Shown here one piece after another: positions 48,870 through 58,923 of a DNA stretch of 64,000 nucleotides. The first letter of the stretch is position 1. The number at the start of each line of letters is the position of its first letter. This DNA is from an uncultured Eubacteriales bacterium (GTDB lineage: Bacteria; Bacillota; Clostridia; Oscillospirales; Oscillospiraceae): positions 15,263 to 79,262 of the forward strand of contig URBH01000002.1 of NCBI GenBank assembly GCA_900546075.1, given 5' to 3'. The notes under the pieces are model-generated. The model was not told the DNA's origin. It searched no databases and worked only from the letters and a program-made list of their open reading frames with translations. The position numbers were made by a program, and so were the translations under genes.

Positions 48870-50727
48870 AAAACAGCGCAAGGCCGCAATTATAGTCGCC
48901 TCCATCCTCGGATGCGGGGCGCTTTTCTATCTTGGCGGTCTGCTGGGGCAGGTGTTTACCAACTATACTATCTGGATGGAGTCCGGCGGTATGTGGGGGC
49001 AAACACAGATTGCTGCCCCAGACTGGAATCCGGCTGTGTGCCTTCTGAATGCCTTCAGTTGGAACGGCGTCAAAGCGATCTTCCTGATCGTGGTCATCGG
49101 AGCCGGTATTGTGATCTATGTAAAGGTTCACGAGAAGTTCTCCCAAAACCAGTATGACGACCGGGGCTTCACCAAGAGCAAGGCCGGCACTTACGGTACC
49201 GCGGATTGGATGACAGAGAAGGAACTGAAATCCGTTTTGGAACTATCCACACCGGAAAGGGCTACCGGTATGATTCTTGGTGAGCGAAAAGGCCAGCTGG
49301 TATGTTTGCCGGAGAACACCCGCCTCAACCGTCACTGCGCCATCTTCGGCGCATCCGGCACCATGAAGTCCAGAGCCGTCATTCGCAATGCACTCTTTTC
49401 CATCATACGCCGAGGCGAGTCCGCTCTGATTGCGGATCCGAAATCAGAGATGTACAGCGATACTTCCGAGCTATTCCGAAAAAACGGGTATGAGGTCAAG
49501 GTGCTGAACTTGGTTGACCCCCTGCACGGTGACTCATGGAACTGCATGTCCGACCTGAACGGAAACACCATGATGGCTCAGGTCCTCACAAACGTCATTA
49601 TCGGCAACACAAGCAACGGCAAAAGCGATCATTTCTGGGATAACGGCGAGGCGAACCTGCTGAAAGCGCTGGTTCTCTACACCGATTTGGACAAGACGCT
49701 CCCGCCGGAGCGGAAGAATCTGGCCTATGTCTACCAGCTGCTGACCCACAATTCCGAGAAAACGCTGACCATCATGTTCGAGAAACTGCCGCCGGATCAT
49801 CCGGCCCGGGCGCCTTTCAATCTGTTTTCCCAGTCCAGTGATACGGTCAAATCCGGCATCATTCTCGGTCTGGGTACCAGATTGCAGGTACTCCAGAACG
49901 AAGCTGTGAAGCAGCTTGTCTCTTTCTCCGACATTGACCTTACCGCACCGGGCAGTCACAAATGCGCCTACTACATCATTCTCAGCGATCAGGAAACATC
50001 CATGGCATTCCTTTCCTCGCTTTTCTTTTCATTCCTGTTTATCAAGCTAACCCGCTTTGCAGACCTTTCCCCCGGCGGACGGTGTCCTGTACCCGTGAAT
50101 CTGATTCTGGACGAGTTCAACAACATCGGCCGGATCGGCGGCGCACCGGACGGCTCAGATTTCTGCCGTTCCCTGAGCGTCATCCGCTCCCGGGATATTC
50201 GGGTCATGCTCGCCGTTCAGAGCCTTGGTCAGCTTCAGAACCGGTATCCCAACAACCTTTGGTCCGAAATCATCGGCAACTGCGACATCCAGCTTATGCT
50301 CGGCTGTACGGATGACGTCACTGCGGATTACATATCTGACCGCAGCGGCGAAATGTGCATCGTTGTGGATTCTACCATGACCGTGAAGAAAACCGTTGCC
50401 GTCACGCAGGTGATTCCCCAGTACCGGGAAACACAGGGTCAGGGGAAGCGCAAGCTTCTCACCCCGGATGAAGTTCTTCGGCTTCCGCATGAACAAATGC
50501 TGGTCATTATCCGCGGTCAGAATCTACTGCTGCTGAACAAGTTTGACTATACCCGCCATCCCATGTCCAAGGAAATGGTCCGGGCTTCCATCATGGATTA
50601 CTGCCCGAGAACCAGTTATGCGCCCACACCCCAGACCGGTTCTGAAAATGAGCCGGACAAAAAGCCACAACGGGAGTCACGCGGCAGGAAACTCAGTCGC
50701 TCTGATACGCCACCCGTCGAGTTTTAA
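48862..50727 (+). CDS. type IV coupling protein (VirD4/TraG-like)
   Basis: N-terminal TM helices; Walker A GASGTMKS; Walker B LILDEF. Confidence 0.8.
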   Translation: MNEKQRKAAIIVASILGCGALFYLGGLLGQVFTNYTIWMESGGMWGQTQIAAPDWNPAVCLLNAFSWNGVKAIFLIVVIGAGIVIYVKVHEKFSQNQYDDRGFTKSKAGTYGTADWMTEKELKSVLELSTPERATGMILGERKGQLVCLPENTRLNRHCAIFGASGTMKSRAVIRNALFSIIRRGESALIADPKSEMYSDTSELFRKNGYEVKVLNLVDPLHGDSWNCMSDLNGNTMMAQVLTNVIIGNTSNGKSDHFWDNGEANLLKALVLYTDLDKTLPPERKNLAYVYQLLTHNSEKTLTIMFEKLPPDHPARAPFNLFSQSSDTVKSGIILGLGTRLQVLQNEAVKQLVSFSDIDLTAPGSHKCAYYIILSDQETSMAFLSSLFFSFLFIKLTRFADLSPGGRCPVPVNLILDEFNNIGRIGGAPDGSDFCRSLSVIRSRDIRVMLAVQSLGQLQNRYPNNLWSEIIGNCDIQLMLGCTDDVTADYISDRSGEMCIVVDSTMTVKKTVAVTQVIPQYRETQGQGKRKLLTPDEVLRLPHEQMLVIIRGQNLLLLNKFDYTRHPMSKEMVRASIMDYCPRTSYAPTPQTGSENEPDKKPQRESRGRKLSRSDTPPVEF

Positions 50728-50749
50728 TTTATCAAAAGGAGGAAAACCT

Positions 50750-51853
50750 ATGTCCACAACCGAAAACAGCCTACCGCCCGACGATATGCCCGTAACCCCA
50801 AACAGTGAACCGTCCCAGACCGATTCTGTCCTGAAAGTTCCGCCCCGGCATCAAGCATCCACCGGCGAGATCGCCGGAAATCCCGAAGGCAGCAACGAAG
50901 CTCCTCATTCCACCATATCTCCCCGGCAGGCAAGGCAACGGCTCAATGTTCCCATGCCCAATATGGAAGTTTTGGCGATTGATGACGCGCTCGGCATCCA
51001 AACTGAGATCGATAAGGCCAGAGATAAGTTTCTGGATCTGGTCGAGTCTCTGAAAACCGGCCGCTACCTTACCGATAAGATTCAGGGCGTTGAAAAGCAC
51101 TCTGGCTTGGGGGAACCCCGCGCCGTGATTTTCCACGGCGATTATAAGGTCATCATTATGGCTTCCATGATCGTCGATCTGCCCAAGGATTTACGGGGAC
51201 AGGATCCCTATGAAGTCTACCATTACCTGCTTACCAAGCGACTCGGATCTGAAATCGATTATGTTGTCAAAGGCATTGACCGCAATACCGGTCTGGCAGT
51301 CGGCAGCCGGAAGGATGCTATGGCCACGAAGCGCCGGCATTACTACCTGAATCAGACCCGTGACGGCACATACCGGATCTACGAAGGACTCTGCTGCGAA
51401 GCGAGAGTCATGTCCGTCATTCCATATGGCATTTTCGTGGATCTGTTTGGTATCGACGTTTACATTCCCTTGCGGGAGCTGAGCTATGTACGGCTTACCG
51501 ATGCCATGGGCTACTATGAACCCGGCGACCGGGTACTGGTGAAAGTCACCCAACTCAATCGGGATGACCCGGATGACATCCGTGTAGCTGCTTCCGTAAA
51601 ACAAGTTGCTGCCAATCCTGTGGATAAAGCTCTCGAAAAAATCGAGGTGAACAGCAACTATGCCGGTACCGTTACGCTGACGGACAGCACCGGTATCTTC
51701 GTGCGTCTGGATATGGGTGCTGAATGCAGATGTAGGTTCCCATATCGCGCAAGGCCGCCCAAGGGCGCCCGCGTAGTCGTGAAAATCGCAGGTGTCGATA
51801 TGGAGCAGAAGACTGTTTGGGGAAATATCACCTATGTCACCATTCCCAAATAA
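50750..51853 (+). CDS. protein with two S1-like OB-fold repeats
   Basis: GIFVDLFGIDVYIPLRELS...GDRVLVKV and GIFVRLDMGAE...GARVVVKI. Confidence 0.45.
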   Translation: MSTTENSLPPDDMPVTPNSEPSQTDSVLKVPPRHQASTGEIAGNPEGSNEAPHSTISPRQARQRLNVPMPNMEVLAIDDALGIQTEIDKARDKFLDLVESLKTGRYLTDKIQGVEKHSGLGEPRAVIFHGDYKVIIMASMIVDLPKDLRGQDPYEVYHYLLTKRLGSEIDYVVKGIDRNTGLAVGSRKDAMATKRRHYYLNQTRDGTYRIYEGLCCEARVMSVIPYGIFVDLFGIDVYIPLRELSYVRLTDAMGYYEPGDRVLVKVTQLNRDDPDDIRVAASVKQVAANPVDKALEKIEVNSNYAGTVTLTDSTGIFVRLDMGAECRCRFPYRARPPKGARVVVKIAGVDMEQKTVWGNITYVTIPK

Positions 51854-51873
51854 CTCTGAAAGAAGGTATCCTT

Positions 51874-52284
51874 ATGACCCAATGCGAACTGCCGAAAGAG
51901 GAATTGGTTCGCCGAAAGGAGCTGTCTGATAATACCCGGAAAATGATTTACAGCTTGCTGGATGTTGCTGCCGAGGATGAAACCTCGCTCATGACGACCT
52001 ACCGTGACTTTTACCTCCAGATCAGCTTCTCGGAGCTGCATCCGCTGATGGTTTTTTACCTCGCACGGCCTCTGGACGGAGAGAAAGCCATGCTGGCAGA
52101 TCGTTCCAACGAGATGAATCTGCGCAGCGTTCTGGGCAGTCATTCCGTCAACGAAAACTTCAGCTGCTATAACTATCGTGCGACGCACTGGCTTGATGCT
52201 CAGATGACCAAAACCAGATTTTTTGAAATTCTTGACCGGTGTGTTGATGAAGCTGTACGCGGGTATTATCAGCTCGCACACTGA
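51874..52284 (+). CDS. hypothetical ICE protein
   Basis: 136 aa from the ATG with GAAAGAAGG RBS. Confidence 0.4.
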   Translation: MTQCELPKEELVRRKELSDNTRKMIYSLLDVAAEDETSLMTTYRDFYLQISFSELHPLMVFYLARPLDGEKAMLADRSNEMNLRSVLGSHSVNENFSCYNYRATHWLDAQMTKTRFFEILDRCVDEAVRGYYQLAH

Positions 52285-52641
52285 GCACTGCAATTCCCTG
52301 CAATTTTGATTAGATCATGCAAGCAGGAGGAAATGTACATGTAAAAAAGCGATTGCTGCTCTATCCGCTGCCGTAATACTGGTTTTGGCCGTCTGCCGGT
52401 ATCCCAGACTGATTCCGAAACGACCGCAGGCGCCTCAGCCTTCCGTGAAGAGGGTCCTGAATTCCCGCAGATAAAGCCCGTACACCAGACTGATTCTGAC
52501 AGAACGCTCAGCGGAAAAGCCGGCCCGCCAAGCCAAGGCAGTCACTCAGGCAGTGACACCAATTCCACATTTGAAGTCAATGCCTCAGTTCTTTGGACTG
52601 GGGCCTTTTTCTACCCCAACTTGAGAAAGGATGACAACCAC

Positions 52642-55600
52642 ATGAAAACACCTTGTCAGCGGCTGCTTTCGTTGCTGCTGGTATTTGTGCTGGTGCTAAG
52701 CCTCATCCCGTCGGTTTATGCAGCCGACAATGATGAAAGTACCCCCACAGAACCGGAAGCCACGGAAACAACTGCATCCACCGAATCCCCCACGACCACA
52801 CCCCCTCAGTCAGATCCTTCTGAAGAAACAGAAGGCAGCTCCGCAGGCGCACCTGATTCCCAGCCTGACAATGAATACGGGATTGCGACAACCGCCAGCA
52901 CATCTGCAGGCGTCCTGCTGTTTGACTATGCCGACCACGGCAACTACACAACGGTGCTGAACAGTCAGGTCTCGGTTACTTATAAGCCCAACGGAACCGG
53001 TTCCGCGAAAACGGCATATATCAAAAATCTGGGCTGGCATTTCGCCCGGTACAATAACATTGCCTATGCAGACGATCCGCTGTACTGTATTGAGCCTTAC
53101 AAAAACTATGCCGCAAGTACATCCGGCAACTCTGTCGACCGGGATGTCACACTTACCGGCAGCGGCAGCACCGCCGGTGCAACCGCATGGTATTCCCTGC
53201 CGGAAGCAAGGCGAAAGGCCATTGGTCTGATTCTTCTTTACAGCGACGAAATGTGGGATCACTCCATCAGCGTCACCACGACGTACAAAGACGACAATCC
53301 CAACGTCCCGCTCAGAATCGCAACGCAGTTCCTCATTTACGAAATTGTGTGCGGCCTCCGGGATCCGGAAACATTCGTCCTGAATTCTGCCAACGAAAGC
53401 GGAACTGCAGGCAACATTTTCTACAACGCCGGTGCTGCCTCCGTATCTTACTTTGCTCCGAACTATAACACTCTGGTCAGCTGCGTTCAGGCTGCCCTGA
53501 AGATTCCGAGCTTCACCTCCAGCTCCAGCAGCTCCGCACCCACCATTACGCTGACCGGAGATGAAACCAGTGTCTATGACTCCAATGGAGTTCTGTCCGG
53601 GTTCAGCTTCACGAACGGCAATGGCGCAGAGTTCCGTAAATCCGGCAACACACTTTATATCTCCCAGACTGGCACCATCTCCGAGTCTACTGTCTTCAAA
53701 GCGACGAAGACGATTCCTTCTGCTGAAAACTCGGCCTATTCTCTTTGGTACATGTCCGGCTCCTCTTACCAGACAACGATCAACCTGTACCGTCCTGAGT
53801 CCGGTACGCTGAACGCCTATTTCAAATTAAAAGGTCAGGCGATTGGCAATCTGAGCCTGACGAAAACCACGGAAGATGGTAAGAACTTATCCGGATGGAA
53901 GTTTGGGATCTATTCCAACTCCGCCTGCACCAGCCTCGTTTCCGGCCCTCACACGACAGATTCCAGCGGCAGGATCTCCGTTACCGGTCTTACCGCTGGC
54001 ACCTATTATGTCAAAGAATTGGGGCATACCAATTCCGGTATTGAGGGCCTGTACGTATGCTCCAGCACAAATCCTCAGAAGGTTACGATTATCAACGGCA
54101 GCACGGCATCTGTCAGCTTCGTGAACAAGCTCAATACCGGCAGGCTGGCTTTGACAAAGAAAACGGATGACGGGTCGAATCTTTCCGGCTGGCGATTTGG
54201 CATTTATTCCGATTCCGGCTGCACGACTCTGGTTTCCGGCCCTCATACAACGGATGCCAACGGCAGCATTTCGGTCGACGGCATCACCCCGGGTACCTAC
54301 TATGTGAAAGAAATCGGCCACACGGATTCCTCTGTAAACGAGAAGTATGTGTGTTCCGGCACCAATCCGCAGAAAGTAACCATCGCCGGGGGTGCAGCAG
54401 CCTCTGTTACCTTCATCAATAAGATCAAAACCGGAAACTTCAGTCTGACCAAAACGACCAGCGATGGGCTGAATCTGGCAGGCTGGGAATTTGGAATCTA
54501 CTCCGATTCCGGTTGCACCACATTGGTGTCCGGTCCCCATACAACAGATTCCAAGGGTGCCATATCCGTTACCGGTCTGGAAATCGGCACCTACTATGTC
54601 AAGGAGCTTGGACACCGTGACGATGATATTGAGGCAATGTACAGCTGTGCAAGCGACAACCCCCAAAAGGTGACGATTACCTACGGTACCACCGCCTCTG
54701 TCAGCTTCCATAACTCTCTGGAACCCGGTTCCGTCAGACTGATCAAGCAGACCAATACAGGAAAGAACCTCTCCGGCTGGCAGATTGGGATCTATACGGA
54801 TGTCGCCTGCACGCAACCAATCGAAGGTTCCCCCTTTACAACAGGCAAAGACGGCACCATTGTGATAGATGGCTTGTCTCCCCAGAAGCTGTATGCAAAG
54901 GAAATTGCGGTGGATGATCCCTACTGGGTCTGTGATTCTTCTGTCAAGGCCATCACCGTCAAAGCGAATGCGACGGTATCTGTGACCTTCAGCAATACCC
55001 ACAATGGCGATCTTCGCGTAAAAAAGAATGCCGTTGACGGAAGCCCCGAAGGGTGGAATTTCCATATTTTGGATGCCAATCGGGAGCTGGTAGAAACCAT
55101 TACAACCGGTGAGGACGGCTATGCAGCATCCAGTAAGCTCGAACCCGGCACGTATTACGTCGTTGAGATTCACGACAGAGATGAAACATACTGGACTTAC
55201 GATGCTGTTGTCGAAAAGCAGGTTACAGTTACTGCCGGTACACAGTCCGAAGTCGAATACACCAACGAACAATTTGGCATTCTGGTTTTCTGTAAGACGA
55301 CGAACACTGGCAATCAGCTCGGCGGCTGGACGTTCCGCGTTCAGGATTCGGACGGGAATGTCGTGGGCGACTATACCACCGACGAAACGGGGTATGCCAG
55401 CACCGGCAAACTCAAGCCCGGCAGCTATACCGTTCTGGAGCTTTCCAACGGTGACGACTACTGGAACTGCGAGCTGGGATACCACTCCGTCACGATCATT
55501 GCAGGCAAGGCCACAGAAGATGCATGGCATAACCGTGAGCAGGGATTGGGCTGGTTCCATAAGTCTACCAACACCGGCGAGTCCCTTGAAGGCTGGGAGA

Positions 55601-56568
55601 TCACCATTTACTCCGATAAAGAATGTACCCAAAAGGTGACTACCGTTACCACAAATGCCGACGGCAAGGTCGGTATATATCTTGACCCCGGCATCTATTA
55701 TGCCAGAGAATCCGGAGACACCGAAGGCCGCTTTGAAAATGAGTACTGGCTTGTGGATGAGTCCATTAAAGAGTTTGAAATTCTGCCCCACAAAGATGTG
55801 GATATCACCTTTGTCAACACCCAGTACGGCAAAATCAAAGTCATAAAGTCCATGCCCTCCAGCGGCTCTCTTGAGGGATGGACCTTCATCGTCAGAGACA
55901 TCAACGGTGACGAAATAAAAGGCTCGCCCTTCATCACAGACGCATCCGGTCTCATTGTCAGTGAGAACCTCTATCCTGGTACTTATGCCGTTGAAGAGGT
56001 AATCCCCGATGACAGTCCTTACATCTGCGTTTCGGAAAATCCCCAATCCGTCACTGTCGTCCAAGGGAGGACTGCTGAGGTACGCTTCACAAATTCTCTC
56101 CGCTCCGGCAAGATTGCAATTCGGAAGGTCGATACCACAGGTGAGCCTCTGGCTGGCGCTGAGTTCCTGCTGGAATGGTCCGTGGACGGTACCTCTTGGC
56201 TACCCGTTGTTTATTCCAACTCCGGTTATGCGAAAGAAGGCACCTGCTCCAGCGAGGGCCTCACAGATGGCCGCCTCATCTCGGATAAAACCGGTCTGGT
56301 AGAATTCACCGGTCTGCATCCGGAACGCCTTTACCGTCTGACCGAAACTGCCGCACCCGATGGTTTCCAGCTGCTTGCGGATACCGCCTATGAAGGCGGG
56401 CTGCCCGACGATAAGGAGTACACCGTTGATTTGACCGTCGTAAATGTACGTACCTATGAGCTTCCCGAAACCGGCTCCAAGTCTCTGGTACTCATGCCCA
56501 TCGCATTGATTCTGGCCTGCAGCCTGTGCGGTGCGATTCTGTTCGTAACCAAGCGTAAGAAGCAGTAA
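52642..56568 (+). CDS. LPXTG-anchored surface adhesin: signal peptide + N-terminal thioester domain (TED) + 8-10 SpaA/CnaB-type repeat domains + LPETG sorting signal
   Basis: YCIEPY (thioester Cys) and IATQFLIYE (thioester Gln) motifs; repeated ...LSGW.FGIYSDSGCTTLVSGPHTTD..G.ISV.GL..GTYYVKE... modules; C-terminal YELPETGS + TM + KRKKQ. Confidence 0.75.
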   Translation: MKTPCQRLLSLLLVFVLVLSLIPSVYAADNDESTPTEPEATETTASTESPTTTPPQSDPSEETEGSSAGAPDSQPDNEYGIATTASTSAGVLLFDYADHGNYTTVLNSQVSVTYKPNGTGSAKTAYIKNLGWHFARYNNIAYADDPLYCIEPYKNYAASTSGNSVDRDVTLTGSGSTAGATAWYSLPEARRKAIGLILLYSDEMWDHSISVTTTYKDDNPNVPLRIATQFLIYEIVCGLRDPETFVLNSANESGTAGNIFYNAGAASVSYFAPNYNTLVSCVQAALKIPSFTSSSSSSAPTITLTGDETSVYDSNGVLSGFSFTNGNGAEFRKSGNTLYISQTGTISESTVFKATKTIPSAENSAYSLWYMSGSSYQTTINLYRPESGTLNAYFKLKGQAIGNLSLTKTTEDGKNLSGWKFGIYSNSACTSLVSGPHTTDSSGRISVTGLTAGTYYVKELGHTNSGIEGLYVCSSTNPQKVTIINGSTASVSFVNKLNTGRLALTKKTDDGSNLSGWRFGIYSDSGCTTLVSGPHTTDANGSISVDGITPGTYYVKEIGHTDSSVNEKYVCSGTNPQKVTIAGGAAASVTFINKIKTGNFSLTKTTSDGLNLAGWEFGIYSDSGCTTLVSGPHTTDSKGAISVTGLEIGTYYVKELGHRDDDIEAMYSCASDNPQKVTITYGTTASVSFHNSLEPGSVRLIKQTNTGKNLSGWQIGIYTDVACTQPIEGSPFTTGKDGTIVIDGLSPQKLYAKEIAVDDPYWVCDSSVKAITVKANATVSVTFSNTHNGDLRVKKNAVDGSPEGWNFHILDANRELVETITTGEDGYAASSKLEPGTYYVVEIHDRDETYWTYDAVVEKQVTVTAGTQSEVEYTNEQFGILVFCKTTNTGNQLGGWTFRVQDSDGNVVGDYTTDETGYASTGKLKPGSYTVLELSNGDDYWNCELGYHSVTIIAGKATEDAWHNREQGLGWFHKSTNTGESLEGWEITIYSDKECTQKVTTVTTNADGKVGIYLDPGIYYARESGDTEGRFENEYWLVDESIKEFEILPHKDVDITFVNTQYGKIKVIKSMPSSGSLEGWTFIVRDINGDEIKGSPFITDASGLIVSENLYPGTYAVEEVIPDDSPYICVSENPQSVTVVQGRTAEVRFTNSLRSGKIAIRKVDTTGEPLAGAEFLLEWSVDGTSWLPVVYSNSGYAKEGTCSSEGLTDGRLISDKTGLVEFTGLHPERLYRLTETAAPDGFQLLADTAYEGGLPDDKEYTVDLTVVNVRTYELPETGSKSLVLMPIALILACSLCGAILFVTKRKKQ

Positions 56569-56599
56569 CGGGAGAAAATGAATATGCGTTTTTTCTACT

Positions 56600-56633
56600 G
56601 GCGCCGAGGTCCCCCCGGCGCCTTTTCTTTTTC
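56600..56633 (+). terminator. rho-independent terminator after the adhesin gene
   Basis: GGCGCCGaggtccccCGGCGCC followed by TTTTCTTTTT. Confidence 0.55.
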
Positions 56634-56692
56634 CAAAATGGATGCCAACCAACAAACTACTTTTTCAACACTGAAAGGATGTATTAACCATT

Positions 56693-58798
56693 ATGAAGTC
56701 TGTCAAAAAGATTCTGGCCATGTGCCTTGCGATCATGATGATCGTTTCCTGTATCCCCGCCGCCCATGCTGCTGATGTCCCCAACACAGCCATTGACCTC
56801 GATGCCAAGGGCAGCCTTACTCTGTATAAATACGACCTTACAAACGCGGAAAAGGATGGTGTGTGGGATTCCTCCTACGTCTCCACCGGCGTATACGACG
56901 AGAACGTCAACAAAACTCTGGGCGAGTCCAAACGTGCCGGCGATAATGATAACAGCGCTGATCTTGGCAATGGCGAGGTTAGCTACGGTTATGCCGTGAA
57001 GGGCGTCGAGTTCACATACCTGCGCGTCGGTGACATTGTTCAGTACACCGAGTCCGCCAACGATGGTGATGCCGATAACCATATTGAAATTCTGTATGGC
57101 ATCGACAAGGCTGTCGGTGCAGACCTGCTGACTGTTTTGGGGCTGGAAAATGGCGCTGATCGTTATACCAATGCTGACCATCTGGATAACGCGAAATACT
57201 ACTATCAGAGCGACGTTCTGATTGACGCTCTGGCACAGGCTCTGCAGAACAATTCCACCACCGTTAAGAATGCACTGGAAACCTACGTTGCCAACAATGG
57301 CGGTACCGCAATGCCCCTGACCGGTGCCTACGGTAAGTCTCAGGCCAACAATCTGGATCTTGGCCTTTATATCATTGCCGAGACCAAGTGTCCTGAAATG
57401 GTCACTTCCACCTGCGCCCCCTTCTTCCTCAGCATCCCAATGAGTCCCGTTTCCGGTAGCAATGCCACCGATGGCAATACCCGTTGGCTCTACGATGTGA
57501 CCATTTATCCGAAAAACCTGACCGGCATTCCTACCCTCACCAAAAGCCTGCGGGAAAATGTGAACGACACCGGCAAACACAAGGGCGCCACCAATGACGT
57601 CACCGATGGCTATGCCAACACCGGAACCGCTTCTGACGGCGACGTCATCGACTACCAGATCCTCTCCACGCTCGCCTCCATTACCAGCAAAAGTACCTAC
57701 TACAGCGAGCTGGCGTTTATTGATACATTGTCTCCCGGTCTGAGCTATAACAAGAACGATATTCTCATTGAGTTCTTCTCCGATGCCGCCTGCACCAATT
57801 TGCTGGATAGCTGGGATGAGTCTAAGGGCTACTTCAAGGTATCCTATTCCAGCACCTCCAAGAACGAGTCCGTTATGACCATTGAAATGACCGCTCAGGG
57901 CCTGAATGAAATCAACACCAACAAGCGCGTTTACACCGGTGCCTCCATGATAAACTCCGGTTACTCCGACTGCACCGTCCGTATCACTTACAAGGCTACC
58001 ATGCACTCTGATGATTCCGTTGTTTACGGCAATTCCGGTAATCCCAACGAGGTCGTCATGCTTTGGAAGCGTTCCTCCCAGGATTACTACGACACGCTGG
58101 TTGACGATGCGCACATTTTCACCTATGCCGTAGAGCTGGTAAAGCTCTTCTCCGACGCCAAGGGCGACTATGCCAACGTTGAATTCATCATGCAGAATGA
58201 TTCCGATAAGTACTATGTCAAGGCGGAGCTGAACAAAGACGAGGGTGTCTACTATGTGGTCGGCCATGTAGCCGACAAGAAAGACGCTACGCACTTCATT
58301 CCCGTCAAGAACGCTGACGGTGAGGGGCTGGTCATTGTCAAGGGATTGGAGGACGATGCTTATACTGTAACTGAAGTCCGAACCGATAATGGCTATACGC
58401 TGCTCAAGGACAACATCAAAATCGTCATTTCTCAGGTCGAAGCCACGGAACTGTGTGACATCTACTCCTCCGACCTGCTGGGGCTGGTTCAGAACGATCC
58501 CCGGTATGCAGCCATTATCAAAGACACCGGCAACCTCAAGAATATGCCTCAGCCCCATCTGGAGCACCACCTGCTGACCGCATCCGCCACTGTCGACAGC
58601 AAGAATGTCAACATGCTGGACGATGACGGCAGTGCAAATGCCATCGTTCCTCTGAAAGTCATCAATACCCGCGGTTTTGATTTGCCGCAGACCGGCGATT
58701 CCGGCACTATGGCATTCAGTATCATCGGCATCCTGCTGATGGCCTGCGCAGCCGTTGTCATCGTGATGGTTTTCCGGAAGAAGTGTAATTCCAACTAA
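56693..58798 (+). CDS. sortase-assembled major pilin (backbone subunit)
   Basis: Signal peptide; pilin motif WLYDVTIYPKN; E-box-like YTVTEVRTDNGYTL; C-terminal LPQTG + TM + RKK. Confidence 0.7.
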   Translation: MKSVKKILAMCLAIMMIVSCIPAAHAADVPNTAIDLDAKGSLTLYKYDLTNAEKDGVWDSSYVSTGVYDENVNKTLGESKRAGDNDNSADLGNGEVSYGYAVKGVEFTYLRVGDIVQYTESANDGDADNHIEILYGIDKAVGADLLTVLGLENGADRYTNADHLDNAKYYYQSDVLIDALAQALQNNSTTVKNALETYVANNGGTAMPLTGAYGKSQANNLDLGLYIIAETKCPEMVTSTCAPFFLSIPMSPVSGSNATDGNTRWLYDVTIYPKNLTGIPTLTKSLRENVNDTGKHKGATNDVTDGYANTGTASDGDVIDYQILSTLASITSKSTYYSELAFIDTLSPGLSYNKNDILIEFFSDAACTNLLDSWDESKGYFKVSYSSTSKNESVMTIEMTAQGLNEINTNKRVYTGASMINSGYSDCTVRITYKATMHSDDSVVYGNSGNPNEVVMLWKRSSQDYYDTLVDDAHIFTYAVELVKLFSDAKGDYANVEFIMQNDSDKYYVKAELNKDEGVYYVVGHVADKKDATHFIPVKNADGEGLVIVKGLEDDAYTVTEVRTDNGYTLLKDNIKIVISQVEATELCDIYSSDLLGLVQNDPRYAAIIKDTGNLKNMPQPHLEHHLLTASATVDSKNVNMLDDDGSANAIVPLKVINTRGFDLPQTGDSGTMAFSIIGILLMACAAVVIVMVFRKKCNSN

Positions 58799-58807
58799 GC
58801 GCAGATA

Positions 58808-58842
58808 ACGGAGGGGAACCAGCGTCCCCTCCGTTTCCGTCC
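58808..58842 (+). terminator. hairpin terminator (weak U-tract)
   Basis: ACGGAGGGGAaccagcgTCCCCTCCGT followed by TTCCGT. Confidence 0.4.
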
Positions 58843-58923
58843 TATGGTTCATAAGCTATAACTGATGAACTGGCTTTTCCTTCCCGTCTCTACACCTATA
58901 AAGGAAAGGATTTTGACATCTTT

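Noticed and set aside
52621-52641. TTG start at 52621 for the adhesin (ORF-track start)
   Set aside because: ATG at 52642 gives a canonical signal peptide (MKTPCQRLLSLLLVFVLVLSLIPSVYA) and better RBS spacing
53887-56064. 725-aa minus-strand ORF antisense to the adhesin gene
   Set aside because: The sense strand encodes signal peptide, repeat domains and LPETG; the antisense product is Gly-rich noise
56684-58852. 722-aa minus-strand ORF antisense to the pilin gene
   Set aside because: Same reasoning; the pilin on the plus strand has a signal peptide, pilin motif and LPQTG
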